Assembly (NCBI GenBank): GCA_964448115.1
Contig: CAYUVA010000014.1
Coordinates: 1 to 64,000 of the forward strand
DNA: 64,000 nt
From: an uncultured bacterium
GTDB taxonomy: Bacteria; CAYUVA01
Reading direction: 5' to 3'
The first letter of the stretch is position 1. The number at the start of each line of letters is the position of its first letter. The notes below the pieces were generated by a model. That model was not told the origin of the DNA. It ran no database searches and was given only the letters and a program-made list of their open reading frames with translations. Shown one piece after another: positions 51,432 to 61,530 of this stretch. The position numbers and the translations under genes were made by a program.

Positions 51432-52859
51432 ATGGTTATGAGTAAATCAGTCCCAGGCTTGATAATTCTGTTGCTTATCTTGCTTGGCAGCGCACTAGGT
51501 TACGCCGAGTCTGAAGATAAAGCAATCCAAGTAACCGACGATGCAAGCAAGCAAATCGCCTATCGGCTCTCCATTCACTACACGGCTGACTTGAAGAATG
51601 AACTGACCCCCTGTGGGTGAGGCAAGAACCGCTCAGGCGGACTAGCCCGGCGGGCTACTGAAATTGCAAAATTCAAACAGCAGCACCCAGAGAACCTGTA
51701 CATCTGGGTCGATGCTGGCAACAGATTCCTCAATTGGAATGAGCCGAATCGCCATCGAGCCGAGGGGATGATAGATATCCTTGATCATTTGGGGCTTCAG
51801 GCTGCTAACCTCGGAAAGAACGACTTCAACTACGGATTCGATTTTCTGCTTGAGAACATGCAGAAGACCCAGGTAAAGCTCATCTCGACAAACATAGTCA
51901 ATAAGGAGAGTGGGGAGCCGGCAGCCTTGCCTTATTGGATCAAGCAATTCAATCCCACGGATCATAATGCCCTGTTTGGAAAAAAGGCGATTAAAGTCGG
52001 GATCCTCGGCGTGATCAATCCGACCTTCGAGTTTCGCCTTGAAAAAGACAAGCAAAATATGCAGAGCCTCTCCTTCATCCGCGCCCTGCAATTGAAGCTA
52101 TCATTCTTACGCAGGCAATGCGATGTAATAATCGTGCTGGCTGCCTTAGGATTGGATCAGGCTCGCAATCTACCAAAGAGCGTTAACGGAATCGATGTGA
52201 TCATCTCCAGCGAGTTCCCCGGTGCGCTCGTTCCGCCACAATTATTGAAGGATAGACAGGATAGACAGGTCATTCTTTGCAGCCCGCAGGATAGAGGCAA
52301 ATCGTTCGATGTTCTGACATTGATGCTTGATGAAAAGAAAAACATAGTCGATTTCACCAACCTTCATACACCCCTTGATACGAAAGTTAAGGAAAACAAG
52401 GCGATCCTAAGGCTTGTAAATGACTACGAGGGCAAGTACCAATACCTGTACCGGTACAATCGCTTCTCCAAGTCGGGACACATATTTTACCAGGGCGCAT
52501 TAGGATGCAAGCGCTGCCACGAGGAGCAGTTTACAGCCTGGCAAGCAACCAGGCACGCCACCGCCTACAATACGCTTGTGCAGGCAAATGCAGACAAGAA
52601 TGAGACCTGCCTTCCATGTCATGTAACCGGCTATGGTAAAAAAAGCGGGTTCGAGCAGAATAATATCTCGCTTCGCAAGGCGAATGTCCAATGCGAATCT
52701 TGCCATGGACCCGGCTCTTTGCATATCTCCCACCCCAATAATCTATACGGAAAGACCGATGAGAGCACCTGTATAAAGTGCCACACAGGCGATTACGGAA
52801 AGGATTTCAACTATAAAAAATACCTCAAGATGATAGGCTGCGGACGGAAGAAGCAATAG
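51432..52859 (+). CDS. Probable selenoprotein: UshA-like (degenerate 5'-nucleotidase) domain with CxU motif fused to a tetraheme cytochrome c (475 aa via UGA at 51618-51620)
   Basis: Signal peptide; ADLKNELTPCG-TGA-GKNRSGGLARRAT reads in frame with no further stop into the 51768 ORF; VDAGN, ANLGKNDF; CKRCH, CLPCH, CESCH, CIKCH. Confidence 0.8.
51621..51660 (+). promoter_or_regulatory. Candidate bacterial SECIS element
   Basis: Hairpins ccgc-tcag-gcgg and tagccc-ggc-gggcta immediately 3' of the in-frame UGA; the second has a G-first loop 28 nt after UGA. Confidence 0.55.
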
Positions 52860-52889
52860 GCTTTAACCGTGAGGGGCGATTATTTTTAA

Positions 52890-53015
52890 GACCACAAAGG
52901 CATCCCGAAAGATCGGGGCTCAAGGACAAAATTTATTTTCTTTGCATGCTTTGCGTCTTTGCGTGCACAATTCCTTCTTTCTTTGCGTGCTTTGCGTGAT
53001 ATTCTTTAGTGGTTA
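52890..53015. repeat. Intergenic repeat family copy
   Basis: accacaaagg...ctttgcatgctttgcgtctttgcgtg...ctttgcgtgctttgcgtga...ctttagtggtt. Confidence 0.6.
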
Positions 53016-53040
53016 GGTAACCCCCAATAGCCAAGCACCA

Positions 53041-55218
53041 TCAGTGTATCTGTACATAGGGCCACATATCGCTGGTGAAGCCGAAGCTGTCTGTTGCAAC
53101 GATGTTCAGCAGGTATCTTCCCGGTGGCACAGGGGCATCGACATTAAGCATGTTTGCAAATATTCTATCGTTTGGCTCGAAGTCTCCATGTTCTCCATCA
53201 TCGAATAGATATATTCCTGTCGGTATAAATCCGTAGTATAATTGAACCGCCATCTGCTCAGTGCTATTGCCAAAGAAGGGTTCCACATAAGCGAAGATGC
53301 GGACGCTGCCTCCGACTGCGGGCTTGATGTCATTATCAAGGTATCCGGCGATGCAGATATAGGGTCCAATAACCGATTTGCCGTTTATTGTTTCCAGCAT
53401 GGCAGCCTGGTAGCTGTAGTAATCTGCTGATTCTCCGATGTTCAGGTATGGCCAGGGCTGGCTGTACCTGCCATGTTTGTCTCTTGCCTTTACTTCGAGC
53501 AGGTATTGTCCTTCTGGCATCAAGGCTGGGATCGAGGTTTTGAAGGTGTACAATCCATCGTCGGCTATTGCATCACCATTTATCCCGTCATCGTTGAGGA
53601 ACAGGCTGGTTGGGAAGTCTTGCACATAGACACGGACCTCGTCGATGTCCTCTCTACCATCGAGATCGTTAACCCACGCCAGCATGGTGAATTCTCCACC
53701 ATGCAATTCAGTGAGCCTTGTCTTCCAGTACCCTCCCCCGAGGATAGTCGGTGGACTGCTGGAGGGGGGCTGGGGTGGTGTCCACTTATATCCGAAAACA
53801 ATAGAAACCCGCCAGGCATTTGGCTGCCCAGAATCCATTTTATTTCCGATGATAAGATCATCAATACTATCACCGTTTATATCAAGACCACTTGCAATAC
53901 ATTTACCTACAGCATTATTTGCATGAACACCAACAAAGCTATAGGAATTTTCATCTATCAAATATTCGCTTTGCCAGCTATTTTGATTATTGAAAAGAAG
54001 ATATAATTTTCCATAGTTCCTTTGATCATCAATATCGAGAAAAGGATTTCCCAAAGGAATATCAAGATACCCGTCATTATTAAAATCACCTGGTGTCCCC
54101 ATTAATTTGCAGGCTTGATTATTGTAATAATAGATGGATATATCAGCATCATCAACACTCATTGAAGCCTCCCAGTTTTGCCTGCCCAAAATTACTATAT
54201 TCTTATTGAGAGGAGGTATATACAATATGATATCATCGTATCCATCATTATTTATATCGCCCCCAACCCCAATTGTCTGTCCAAGGTGGCAATTAGTGTA
54301 AGGTGAACGAATTTGGATTTCAGCCTCTTCAATAGAATACACTGAACCAGTTGGTTTAGTATTACCACCTAGTATAATAAAAACCCTTCCTCGGAAGGAT
54401 GCGAAATATCTTGCTCCAACAATAATATCATTAAAGCCATCCCCATTCACATCTCCAGCACCACAAATCTGCCACCCTAATCTGCTATCGGCATAAGGGC
54501 TATAATAAACAAGCTCTGCTGATGTAAAGGCAACTATACCGGTTTTTCTGATTGTTGATCCCAGAAAAATAGCTATAGTACCGGCATTTTGGGCGCCATA
54601 ATCGTCAAGCTCAATCCCGATAGCTATATCATCAACGCCGTCTCCATTGAAGTCTCCAACTCCATCAAGAGTCAAGCCAGCTCTATCTCGACTTGAATCT
54701 CCTGTAATAATAAAATCTGCTTGGTTTAGGTAATAGATCTCATTCCAGGTTGGACGACCATATATTAGATATGCTCTACCCTTATCAGAGCCTGTATCCC
54801 ATCTGCCAGGTGCACCAATTAAGATGTCCTGATATCCATCGCCATCGAAATCTCCTGCATCGGCAACAGAAAAACCAGCCAAACCATTAGGAATATGACC
54901 ATAGAATATTACATCAGCATCATTCAAAGACAATTGGCTAGGCCATTCGATTCTACCGAAAAATAAGTATGCTGCTCCAGCTAGTGCGCCGCCTGTATTT
55001 GTCTCCATCGATCCCATAATGATATCATTAAGATCATCGCCATTAACATCTCCAAGATTGCTGATCCAGAATTCACCATGATCATAAGGATATAATGTTC
55101 CCTGCAAAGTACCATTAATGGTTACATTGGCGCTCGATATTGGCTCATTCGGTGCAAACCCAAGCCCAATAGCTTGAAACCCTAGAATGCCTATTAGTAT
55201 TAAGATAACCATCCTCAT
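53041..55218 (-). CDS. Secreted FG-GAP (integrin-alpha-like) beta-propeller with two C-terminal AGY...WPY modules
   Basis: Repeats GDVNGDDLND, GDFDGDGYQDILIGAP, GDFNGDGVDD, GDVNGDGFND, GDINNDGYDD, GDFNNDGYLD, LDINGDSIDD; modules at about 53434-53751 and 53044-53364. Confidence 0.85.
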   Translation of the reverse strand: MRMVILILIGILGFQAIGLGFAPNEPISSANVTINGTLQGTLYPYDHGEFWISNLGDVNGDDLNDIIMGSMETNTGGALAGAAYLFFGRIEWPSQLSLNDADVIFYGHIPNGLAGFSVADAGDFDGDGYQDILIGAPGRWDTGSDKGRAYLIYGRPTWNEIYYLNQADFIITGDSSRDRAGLTLDGVGDFNGDGVDDIAIGIELDDYGAQNAGTIAIFLGSTIRKTGIVAFTSAELVYYSPYADSRLGWQICGAGDVNGDGFNDIIVGARYFASFRGRVFIILGGNTKPTGSVYSIEEAEIQIRSPYTNCHLGQTIGVGGDINNDGYDDIILYIPPLNKNIVILGRQNWEASMSVDDADISIYYYNNQACKLMGTPGDFNNDGYLDIPLGNPFLDIDDQRNYGKLYLLFNNQNSWQSEYLIDENSYSFVGVHANNAVGKCIASGLDINGDSIDDLIIGNKMDSGQPNAWRVSIVFGYKWTPPQPPSSSPPTILGGGYWKTRLTELHGGEFTMLAWVNDLDGREDIDEVRVYVQDFPTSLFLNDDGINGDAIADDGLYTFKTSIPALMPEGQYLLEVKARDKHGRYSQPWPYLNIGESADYYSYQAAMLETINGKSVIGPYICIAGYLDNDIKPAVGGSVRIFAYVEPFFGNSTEQMAVQLYYGFIPTGIYLFDDGEHGDFEPNDRIFANMLNVDAPVPPGRYLLNIVATDSFGFTSDMWPYVQIH

Positions 55219-55246
55219 TTCTCATTCTCCTTGTTTTCTTACGGAT

Positions 55247-55275
55247 AAGATATTACTTCCAAATATATTTGTCAA
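55247..55275 (-). promoter_or_regulatory. Putative sigma70 promoter of the FG-GAP gene
   Basis: Minus strand TTGACA, 17 nt, TATCTT, upstream of an AAGGAG RBS. Confidence 0.55.
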
Positions 55276-55281
55276 GAGGTA

Positions 55282-56274
55282 TTAGCTATTTTCTAGATCA
55301 CCGGCTTCTGGTTTCTTTGCTATTGCTATCAACCGATTACCGTTTAGAGTAAATAATGATAAAAAATATGAAACTATTTTGAGAAAAACTTTAACTGGAA
55401 AAGCTATGATGTTTTTCAAGGTTTTCATTTGCCAATCATCTGGCTTATTCTTCATTAAAAAAGGTAAATCTTCTCTTGATATCATTTTAAGCATTTTGAA
55501 ATTGCATTTATCAAGCAATTTTTGTAATGTTCTTGGTGTGTACTCAAAAATATGAATAGCAGTCATTCTAAATTTTTCATTATCAATCTTATTTTTTGTT
55601 CCAGTAATCCAGTAATAAATTTCTGTTAAATAGATCATAAAATATGTATATATGCTTGAGATGGAAGGACATGTAATAATAATAATTCCTCTCGGCTTTA
55701 GGAGTTCATAACACTTATTTAAAAAATTGCTTGGTGGAACATGTTCTAAAATCTCACCAAGATGAATAACATCGAAAAAATCATTTTGAAATGGAGAATC
55801 AAATATCTCACCTATATGAATTTCTAAATTGAATTTGTTTTTAGCAATATTCCCTGTATATTCTGATAATTCAACACCATAAGGTATAAATCCTTCATTT
55901 CTAGCCTCATCAAGAAAGTATCCTGCAGAACATCCAACATCAAGTATTCTACCATTATTCTTGTATTTTTTAATTAATCTTAAAATACCCTTTGCTGTAT
56001 TTCTTCTTTCTTCTTCATTTGATGCGATACCACCATTAACTCCAAATATATATTTACTTTCTGAATAATCTTTATTATATATTTCTATATTTGCCTTAGT
56101 TGTAGGTCGAGGATTAGTGAATATTAAACCGCATCTTCTACATTTTACATGATATAATACTTCTCCTTTGTATCTGTATGGTCGCCAAATTAGTCTTTCC
56201 AAATTATAATTACCACATAAATCACATTTAGTATATATTACATAACCATTATTTTCATTTGATGTTGATATCAT
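55282..56274 (-). CDS. Class I SAM-dependent methyltransferase with N-terminal Zn ribbon, very AT-rich
   Basis: CDLC..CRRCGLIFTNPRP, ILDVGCSAGYF, GVELS, FDVI..EILEH, LKPRG. Confidence 0.85.
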   Translation of the reverse strand: MISTSNENNGYVIYTKCDLCGNYNLERLIWRPYRYKGEVLYHVKCRRCGLIFTNPRPTTKANIEIYNKDYSESKYIFGVNGGIASNEEERRNTAKGILRLIKKYKNNGRILDVGCSAGYFLDEARNEGFIPYGVELSEYTGNIAKNKFNLEIHIGEIFDSPFQNDFFDVIHLGEILEHVPPSNFLNKCYELLKPRGIIIITCPSISSIYTYFMIYLTEIYYWITGTKNKIDNEKFRMTAIHIFEYTPRTLQKLLDKCNFKMLKMISREDLPFLMKNKPDDWQMKTLKNIIAFPVKVFLKIVSYFLSLFTLNGNRLIAIAKKPEAGDLENS

Positions 56275-56453
56275 CTCGGCATCTCAATCTTTTTATCGCT
56301 GATACTCATGCGTTCACAATCTTCATTACGAAAATTGATTATGTTAAACTCATTGAGCTATTGCAACTCTAGAATTACTTTGAACTATATTTTTCATCAT
56401 CATTGACTTCGGATTGGCGATTATCTAGTATGAGAAGCGGTTTTTATGGGAAG

Positions 56454-58847
56454 ATGAAAAAGGAAATCCTGCAAAATAGAATATTAAAGATCACACTCGA
56501 TGAGCAGACTAAAACCCTTAACATCATAAATAAAAAGACCCATACTGCACTGGAAAACCTCTACTTCAACGCATGGCTCGTAGATCCGCAGGCAAAGAAA
56601 AAAAACAAGGCGCTGATACAGTTGAATAATCCCGATACCGAGTCGAGCCTTACCTTCAAAACCTGGGAGCTCGAACCTAGCCAGGGCGCCGGACAAGCCT
56701 GCGACATAGAGTTCGCCCACCTACCGTTCAAGATGAGCCTGCTAATCAACATTGTCCTGGAGGATGATCGCGATCATTTCATTATCACCATGACCCTGAG
56801 CAACAATGGAGACCGGGAATGCCTGGTCAAAAAGCTTGTCCCCGTGGAGATCTCACAGCAACGGCTCGGTCAGATCAAGCTGGGAAGCAAGCCGAGCAAC
56901 TTTAGCTTTTTCTCAAACGGTTACCAATCCTGGACGCCATCGAGAGCTTACTCGATGAAGGAAAGGATGATTATTCCCCGCTTTGCCATGGCGCGAAAGA
57001 TGAGCATGGATCCCACCATCAAGCAGCCTAAGGGATGTGGCGAGTACTACAGCAACATGGTGGCTGGGATCAAGGATTTACAGAGCAAAAGCGGCATGAT
57101 AATTGGATCTTTATCGGAGAAGGAAAGGTTCACCAGGATTCACTTAAAGCTCGATGAACAACTGGCAAACCTCCTTTTCCTGCACCTCAGCCAGGATGGT
57201 TATGATATCCCTCTGAAGCCAAAACAGAGCCTATCATCGGAGCCGGTGCTGGTCATGCTAACCGATAATCCGCTTGAGGGGCTTAACCGGTACGGCAAGG
57301 AGGTGAATCGAGCCAACGAAGCGAGGATTGTGGAGAAACCGCCTACAACCTGGTGCTCGTGGTACTATTACTTCAACAAGATCTCGCAGGATGAGCTTGC
57401 TGCCAACCTCGATTACCTGGAGCAAAACAAGGATATCGCAAGCAAGTATGATGCGATCCAGCTCGATGACGGCTATCAAAGGCAGGTGGGGGATTGGCTG
57501 GTATGCAATGAAAGGTTCCCCGACGGGCTAGAGCCGATAGCCAAAAGGATAGATGGTCTCGGCATGATGCCCGGTATCTGGCTGGCGCCGTTTCTTATTT
57601 ACAAGGGAACCGAGATCTACAAAGAGCACAAACAATGGCTTCTTCGCGACAAGAAAGGGAGGCTGGTCAAGGGCTGCATCAATCCGATGTGGGGTAAGCG
57701 ACCATTGTATGTGCTCGATGTAACCTACCCGGAGGCGAGCTACTGGCTTGGCGATATCTTCAAGACATTGCGCCAGAAGTACGGCTTCAGATACTTCAAG
57801 CTCGATTTTTTATATGCAATAACCTTGCAGGGGCATTATTTCGACAAGAGCCTGACCCCAGCCGGTGCGCTACGATACGGCTTGAAGGTAATTCGCGATG
57901 CGGTCGGCGAGGATGCCTTTATCGAGGGATGCGGATGCCCGCTGGGACCGGCGGTGGGGCTGGTCGATGCCATGCGGATAGCTGCCGATACCGACCCTCA
58001 CTGGTACAACAAGTACAACAAGCTGGTACGCTGGGAGAGCCTGCCGTCGGCATATAATTCACTGCGCAATGGATTGACCCGCTTCTTTATGAACAACAAC
58101 CTTTGGATCAACCATATAGATTGCCTTCTCCTGCGCAGGGAGAAAAACAACCTGACCGAGGAGGAGATACGCACCTTTATGACCGTAACCATGCTCAGCG
58201 GAGCACAGCGAACGCATAGCGATCGGCTGCCTGACCTTGATAAGGAAACCTTTGAGGTCTTCGATTTCGTGAACCCTCCATTGGGCAAGGCTGCAATGCC
58301 GCTGGATCTGTTTGAGAGCGATATGCCTACCATTTTGGAGCTGCCCTTGGAGCGTTTTTACGATGAATGGAAGACAGTGGCCCTATTCAACTGGGAAGAT
58401 ACTGCGAAAGATATGGAGCTTACCGGGGAAAGACTAGGGCTCGATGGTGGAAAACAGCTTCATGTTTACGATCTGTGGGAGAAAAGGTACCTGGGAATAA
58501 GAAGTGGTATGCTTTACAAGGGGAAGCTGCCAGCACATGGGTGCAAGGCGCTTGTAGTGCGAGAACACGAGCCAGGTAAGGCGAAGCTAATTGCCAGCAA
58601 CCTTCACTATACTCAGGGTGCGTTCGAGATCAGCGAGTTCCATGCAGATGATAAGACTATACGGATAAGGGTCGAAAAGCCTGGCAAACATCGCGCCAGA
58701 CTCCACCTTTACATACCAGAGGGCTATAGCCTTAAGGGCTTCAATGCAGGGAGCAGCACCGTTGTACTGGAGATTGATGAGCATAACTCGGCAAGATTTG
58801 CCTTTGACTTTGTTGATAAAGGAAACCTGACCATTGAGCTTGTTTAA
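56454..58847 (+). CDS. Alpha-galactosidase-like glycoside hydrolase (GH36)
   Basis: NGYQSW, WCSWYYY, IQLDDGYQ, PGIWLAPF, YFKLDF, GCGCP, MRIAAD. Confidence 0.85.
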   Translation: MKKEILQNRILKITLDEQTKTLNIINKKTHTALENLYFNAWLVDPQAKKKNKALIQLNNPDTESSLTFKTWELEPSQGAGQACDIEFAHLPFKMSLLINIVLEDDRDHFIITMTLSNNGDRECLVKKLVPVEISQQRLGQIKLGSKPSNFSFFSNGYQSWTPSRAYSMKERMIIPRFAMARKMSMDPTIKQPKGCGEYYSNMVAGIKDLQSKSGMIIGSLSEKERFTRIHLKLDEQLANLLFLHLSQDGYDIPLKPKQSLSSEPVLVMLTDNPLEGLNRYGKEVNRANEARIVEKPPTTWCSWYYYFNKISQDELAANLDYLEQNKDIASKYDAIQLDDGYQRQVGDWLVCNERFPDGLEPIAKRIDGLGMMPGIWLAPFLIYKGTEIYKEHKQWLLRDKKGRLVKGCINPMWGKRPLYVLDVTYPEASYWLGDIFKTLRQKYGFRYFKLDFLYAITLQGHYFDKSLTPAGALRYGLKVIRDAVGEDAFIEGCGCPLGPAVGLVDAMRIAADTDPHWYNKYNKLVRWESLPSAYNSLRNGLTRFFMNNNLWINHIDCLLLRREKNNLTEEEIRTFMTVTMLSGAQRTHSDRLPDLDKETFEVFDFVNPPLGKAAMPLDLFESDMPTILELPLERFYDEWKTVALFNWEDTAKDMELTGERLGLDGGKQLHVYDLWEKRYLGIRSGMLYKGKLPAHGCKALVVREHEPGKAKLIASNLHYTQGAFEISEFHADDKTIRIRVEKPGKHRARLHLYIPEGYSLKGFNAGSSTVVLEIDEHNSARFAFDFVDKGNLTIELV

Positions 58848-58871
58848 GGCTTGAAGGTCGAAATTATATAA

Positions 58872-59036
58872 ACCACAAAGAGACAAAGGCACGAAGAAGA
58901 ATTGATAGCGTGATACCGTGATATAGTGATAGAGGAAAGAAAGCGCCTCATCTCCCGCCCTCTGCCAGCGGAGGTAGCTAGGAGCCGAATGGCTATCAGC
59001 AGCGAGAGGGAGCAGGGAAGGGGTCGGGGGATGGGG
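58872..59036. repeat. Intergenic repeat family copy plus GC-rich element
   Basis: accacaaagagacaaaggcacgaagaa...atagcgtgataccgtgatatagtgatagagg; cctcatctcccgccctct...gggaaggggtcgggggatgggg. Confidence 0.55.
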
Positions 59037-59150
59037 CTTCTTGTCCCCTCTTCGGGAGCATGAAAATTATGACGCGGGAAATTGCGCTATCTTTTTGGGT
59101 AAGTGATCAAGCTAGCTCTGAATGTGTAACAATGATATCATAGATAATAT

Positions 59151-59600
59151 ATGCGTATTGTCTTGGATACAAATGCCTTTATCGCTGCGGTAATTAAACC
59201 ATCAGGTGCCTCGGGGCGCATCCTCGAGCTGTGGAAACAGGGGAGACTATCCATTTTGATATGCAAGCAGGTAATGCGTGAAATAAAGTATTTCCTGGAG
59301 GCGCCCTGGCTAAAAAGAGCAGGAGCCTATAACCAAAAAGAGATAAATGCACTGGTAAAGCATCTCCGCGTGCACGGCGAAAGGGTGAACCTGAAGGGGA
59401 TCTACCGATTGGTGAAAAGAGATCCGGCTGATGATGTCTTCGTATCCCTGGCAATAAGCGGAGATGCTGATTACATCGTAAGCAACGATAAACATCTGTT
59501 GGAGCTAAATCGCATCAAGGGTGTTCAAGTGATAAGACCGGATGAACTGGTGTTGCTTATCGATAAGCCCAATGGGAACCAGGATGAAATATATACATGA
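59151..59600 (+). CDS. PIN-domain protein (putative TA toxin family)
   Basis: MRIVLDTN, RDPADD, DADYIVSNDKHLL. Confidence 0.85.
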   Translation: MRIVLDTNAFIAAVIKPSGASGRILELWKQGRLSILICKQVMREIKYFLEAPWLKRAGAYNQKEINALVKHLRVHGERVNLKGIYRLVKRDPADDVFVSLAISGDADYIVSNDKHLLELNRIKGVQVIRPDELVLLIDKPNGNQDEIYT

Positions 59601-59612
59601 AAAAAAGAGCGA

Positions 59613-60080
59613 ATGAGGGTGACTAAATCAGGCTACAAGAGGGTGTGCGAGAACCGCAAGGCTTACTTCAACTATGAGATCGAACAAAAGCTGGAGGCGG
59701 GAATCGAGCTTGTCGGCACTGAGGTCAAGGCGCTTCGTGAAGGCAAAGCGAACTTATCCGATAGCTATGCGGAGATAATTGACGGCGAGGTGATACTGAT
59801 CTCCTCTTACATCGGGCACTATACAGCGGGCAATCGGCAGAACCATGACACCCGCCGGCCACGCAAACTCCTTTTGCATAAACAGGAGATAAATAAGCTG
59901 ACCGGCAAGGTAAAGGAAAGGGGTAGAACCCTGATCCCATTGCAGATCTACTTCAACTCCAAGGGAATAGCCAAAGTGGAACTAGCGGTTGCAAAAGGAA
60001 AGCACTCGGTCGATAAGAGGAAGACCATCATGGAGCGGGATCTGAAACGGGAAGCTGAACGAGAGATGAAGGAGAGATAG
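59613..60080 (+). CDS. smpB: SsrA-binding protein
   Basis: NRKAYFNY, EAGIELVGTEVKALR, RKLLLHK, AKGK..DKR. Confidence 0.97.
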   Translation: MRVTKSGYKRVCENRKAYFNYEIEQKLEAGIELVGTEVKALREGKANLSDSYAEIIDGEVILISSYIGHYTAGNRQNHDTRRPRKLLLHKQEINKLTGKVKERGRTLIPLQIYFNSKGIAKVELAVAKGKHSVDKRKTIMERDLKREAEREMKER

Positions 60081-60175
60081 CTTTTTGATGCACCCCCATT
60101 ACATGAGGTTACCTGCTATTTGAAGATGGCTTGGGATCTTGTAATTATGGTTCCTGGTTGCTAACATTTGCCTTT

Positions 60176-60952
60176 ATGAGATACCGTAACGCTTTTATAA
60201 CTGGCGCTTCGAGCGGAATCGGCGAGGGGCTGGCAGTTGCTTTGGCAAAACAGGGGATCAAGGTACACCTTGCCGCCCGCCGCGTCCAGGAGCTGGAACG
60301 CGTTGCCAAGAGTATAGCTATCGATGGCGGCAAGGCTGAGATCTATGCCCTCGATGTAACCGAGACTCAGAAGCTGAAGGATATAATCACCCAGATACAA
60401 GCCGGCGAGGATGGATTAGACCTGGTGATCGCCAATGCGGGCGTGGCTGTGAACAAGCCGGCATCGAAAAAGAGCCTCGATGATATACTTTGGGTGTTGA
60501 ATGTAAATGCACTCGGGTCCGTAGCGACCCTTGCATCAGCACTTCCAGACATGGTGCAACGAAATAGAGGGCACCTGGTGGGCATAGCGAGTCTTGCAGC
60601 CATCAGGGGCTTGCCACTCTCTGCTGAATACTCGGCGGGCAAGGCTGCCCTTTCCATCTACCTGGAGGGCTTGCGCTGCGAGTATTTTAATTCTGGGATC
60701 GGATTCACTACTGTGTATCCGGGTTTCGTTGACACAGAGATGATTGCCAAGAACCGCTTCTATATGCCACAGGTATGGAGCGTGGAAAAGGCGGTCTATT
60801 TCATCTTAAAAAGGCTGCCTGATAAGCCAAGAACCATCTATTTCCCGCGCCTTTTAGCCACCGCAACCCGATTGAGCCGACTAATCCCCATGCCTGTCTT
60901 TGAGTTTATGGCATCAAGGAGCATGAAGCGACTAGTTGGGCAAGAAAAATAG
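60176..60952 (+). CDS. Short-chain dehydrogenase/reductase
   Basis: ITGASSGIG, ANAG, YSAGK, PGFVDT. Confidence 0.9.
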   Translation: MRYRNAFITGASSGIGEGLAVALAKQGIKVHLAARRVQELERVAKSIAIDGGKAEIYALDVTETQKLKDIITQIQAGEDGLDLVIANAGVAVNKPASKKSLDDILWVLNVNALGSVATLASALPDMVQRNRGHLVGIASLAAIRGLPLSAEYSAGKAALSIYLEGLRCEYFNSGIGFTTVYPGFVDTEMIAKNRFYMPQVWSVEKAVYFILKRLPDKPRTIYFPRLLATATRLSRLIPMPVFEFMASRSMKRLVGQEK

Positions 60953-60984
60953 AAAATAGAAGCAATGTATCAAGGAGGTTGACC

Positions 60985-61452
60985 ATGGCTTTCTCAATGG
61001 ATCTTAAGATCAACCGTTCGATAGTTGTCTCTGCCAGCAGCGATGCAGCCTGGAAACTAGTTACCGATACGCTTGCCCAACAGAACCTATTCCCCAAGGT
61101 GGATAAGATCAACGACATGGGCCATGATGTTTACCAGTGGCGCTTCAAGGAGCTAGGCGGTGCGGGCATGACCATGAGCATCGTTTATGCATCCAAGTAT
61201 CATAAAAACCCGGATGAATTAAAAATAAGCTGGACACCTGCACCTGGAGATTATAATTCCAGGTTCAGCGGCTACTGGAAGATCGAGCCGACAGGTGATA
61301 CCCTGCGCATGTATTTCGAGCTTGCTGGCACCATAGATCTCCCCTTCTCCGCCTTGATGAAGGGAGTTATCAAGCCTTTTGTAAGCGGTGCCTTTGAGAG
61401 GTACTGCGATTATTATATGGAGAACATTATAAAGGAGCTTGAGGGGAGATAG
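60985..61452 (+). CDS. SRPBCC/START (CoxG-like) protein
   Basis: GGAGG RBS; AWKLVTD..FPKVD, ISWTP, FSGYWKIE and a C-terminal helix. Confidence 0.7.
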   Translation: MAFSMDLKINRSIVVSASSDAAWKLVTDTLAQQNLFPKVDKINDMGHDVYQWRFKELGGAGMTMSIVYASKYHKNPDELKISWTPAPGDYNSRFSGYWKIEPTGDTLRMYFELAGTIDLPFSALMKGVIKPFVSGAFERYCDYYMENIIKELEGR

Positions 61453-61530
61453 CAATATATCTCTAAGATCGCCTTGTCTTATTTGCCTTAAAATATTATA
61501 GTAAAACTACAAAAAAAAACGAGGTAAACC

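Noticed and set aside
51642-52091. 149-aa minus-strand ORF
   Set aside because: Antisense to the selenoprotein read-through region
60081-60175. ssrA (tmRNA) next to smpB
   Set aside because: Gap is too short and lacks tRNA-like ends
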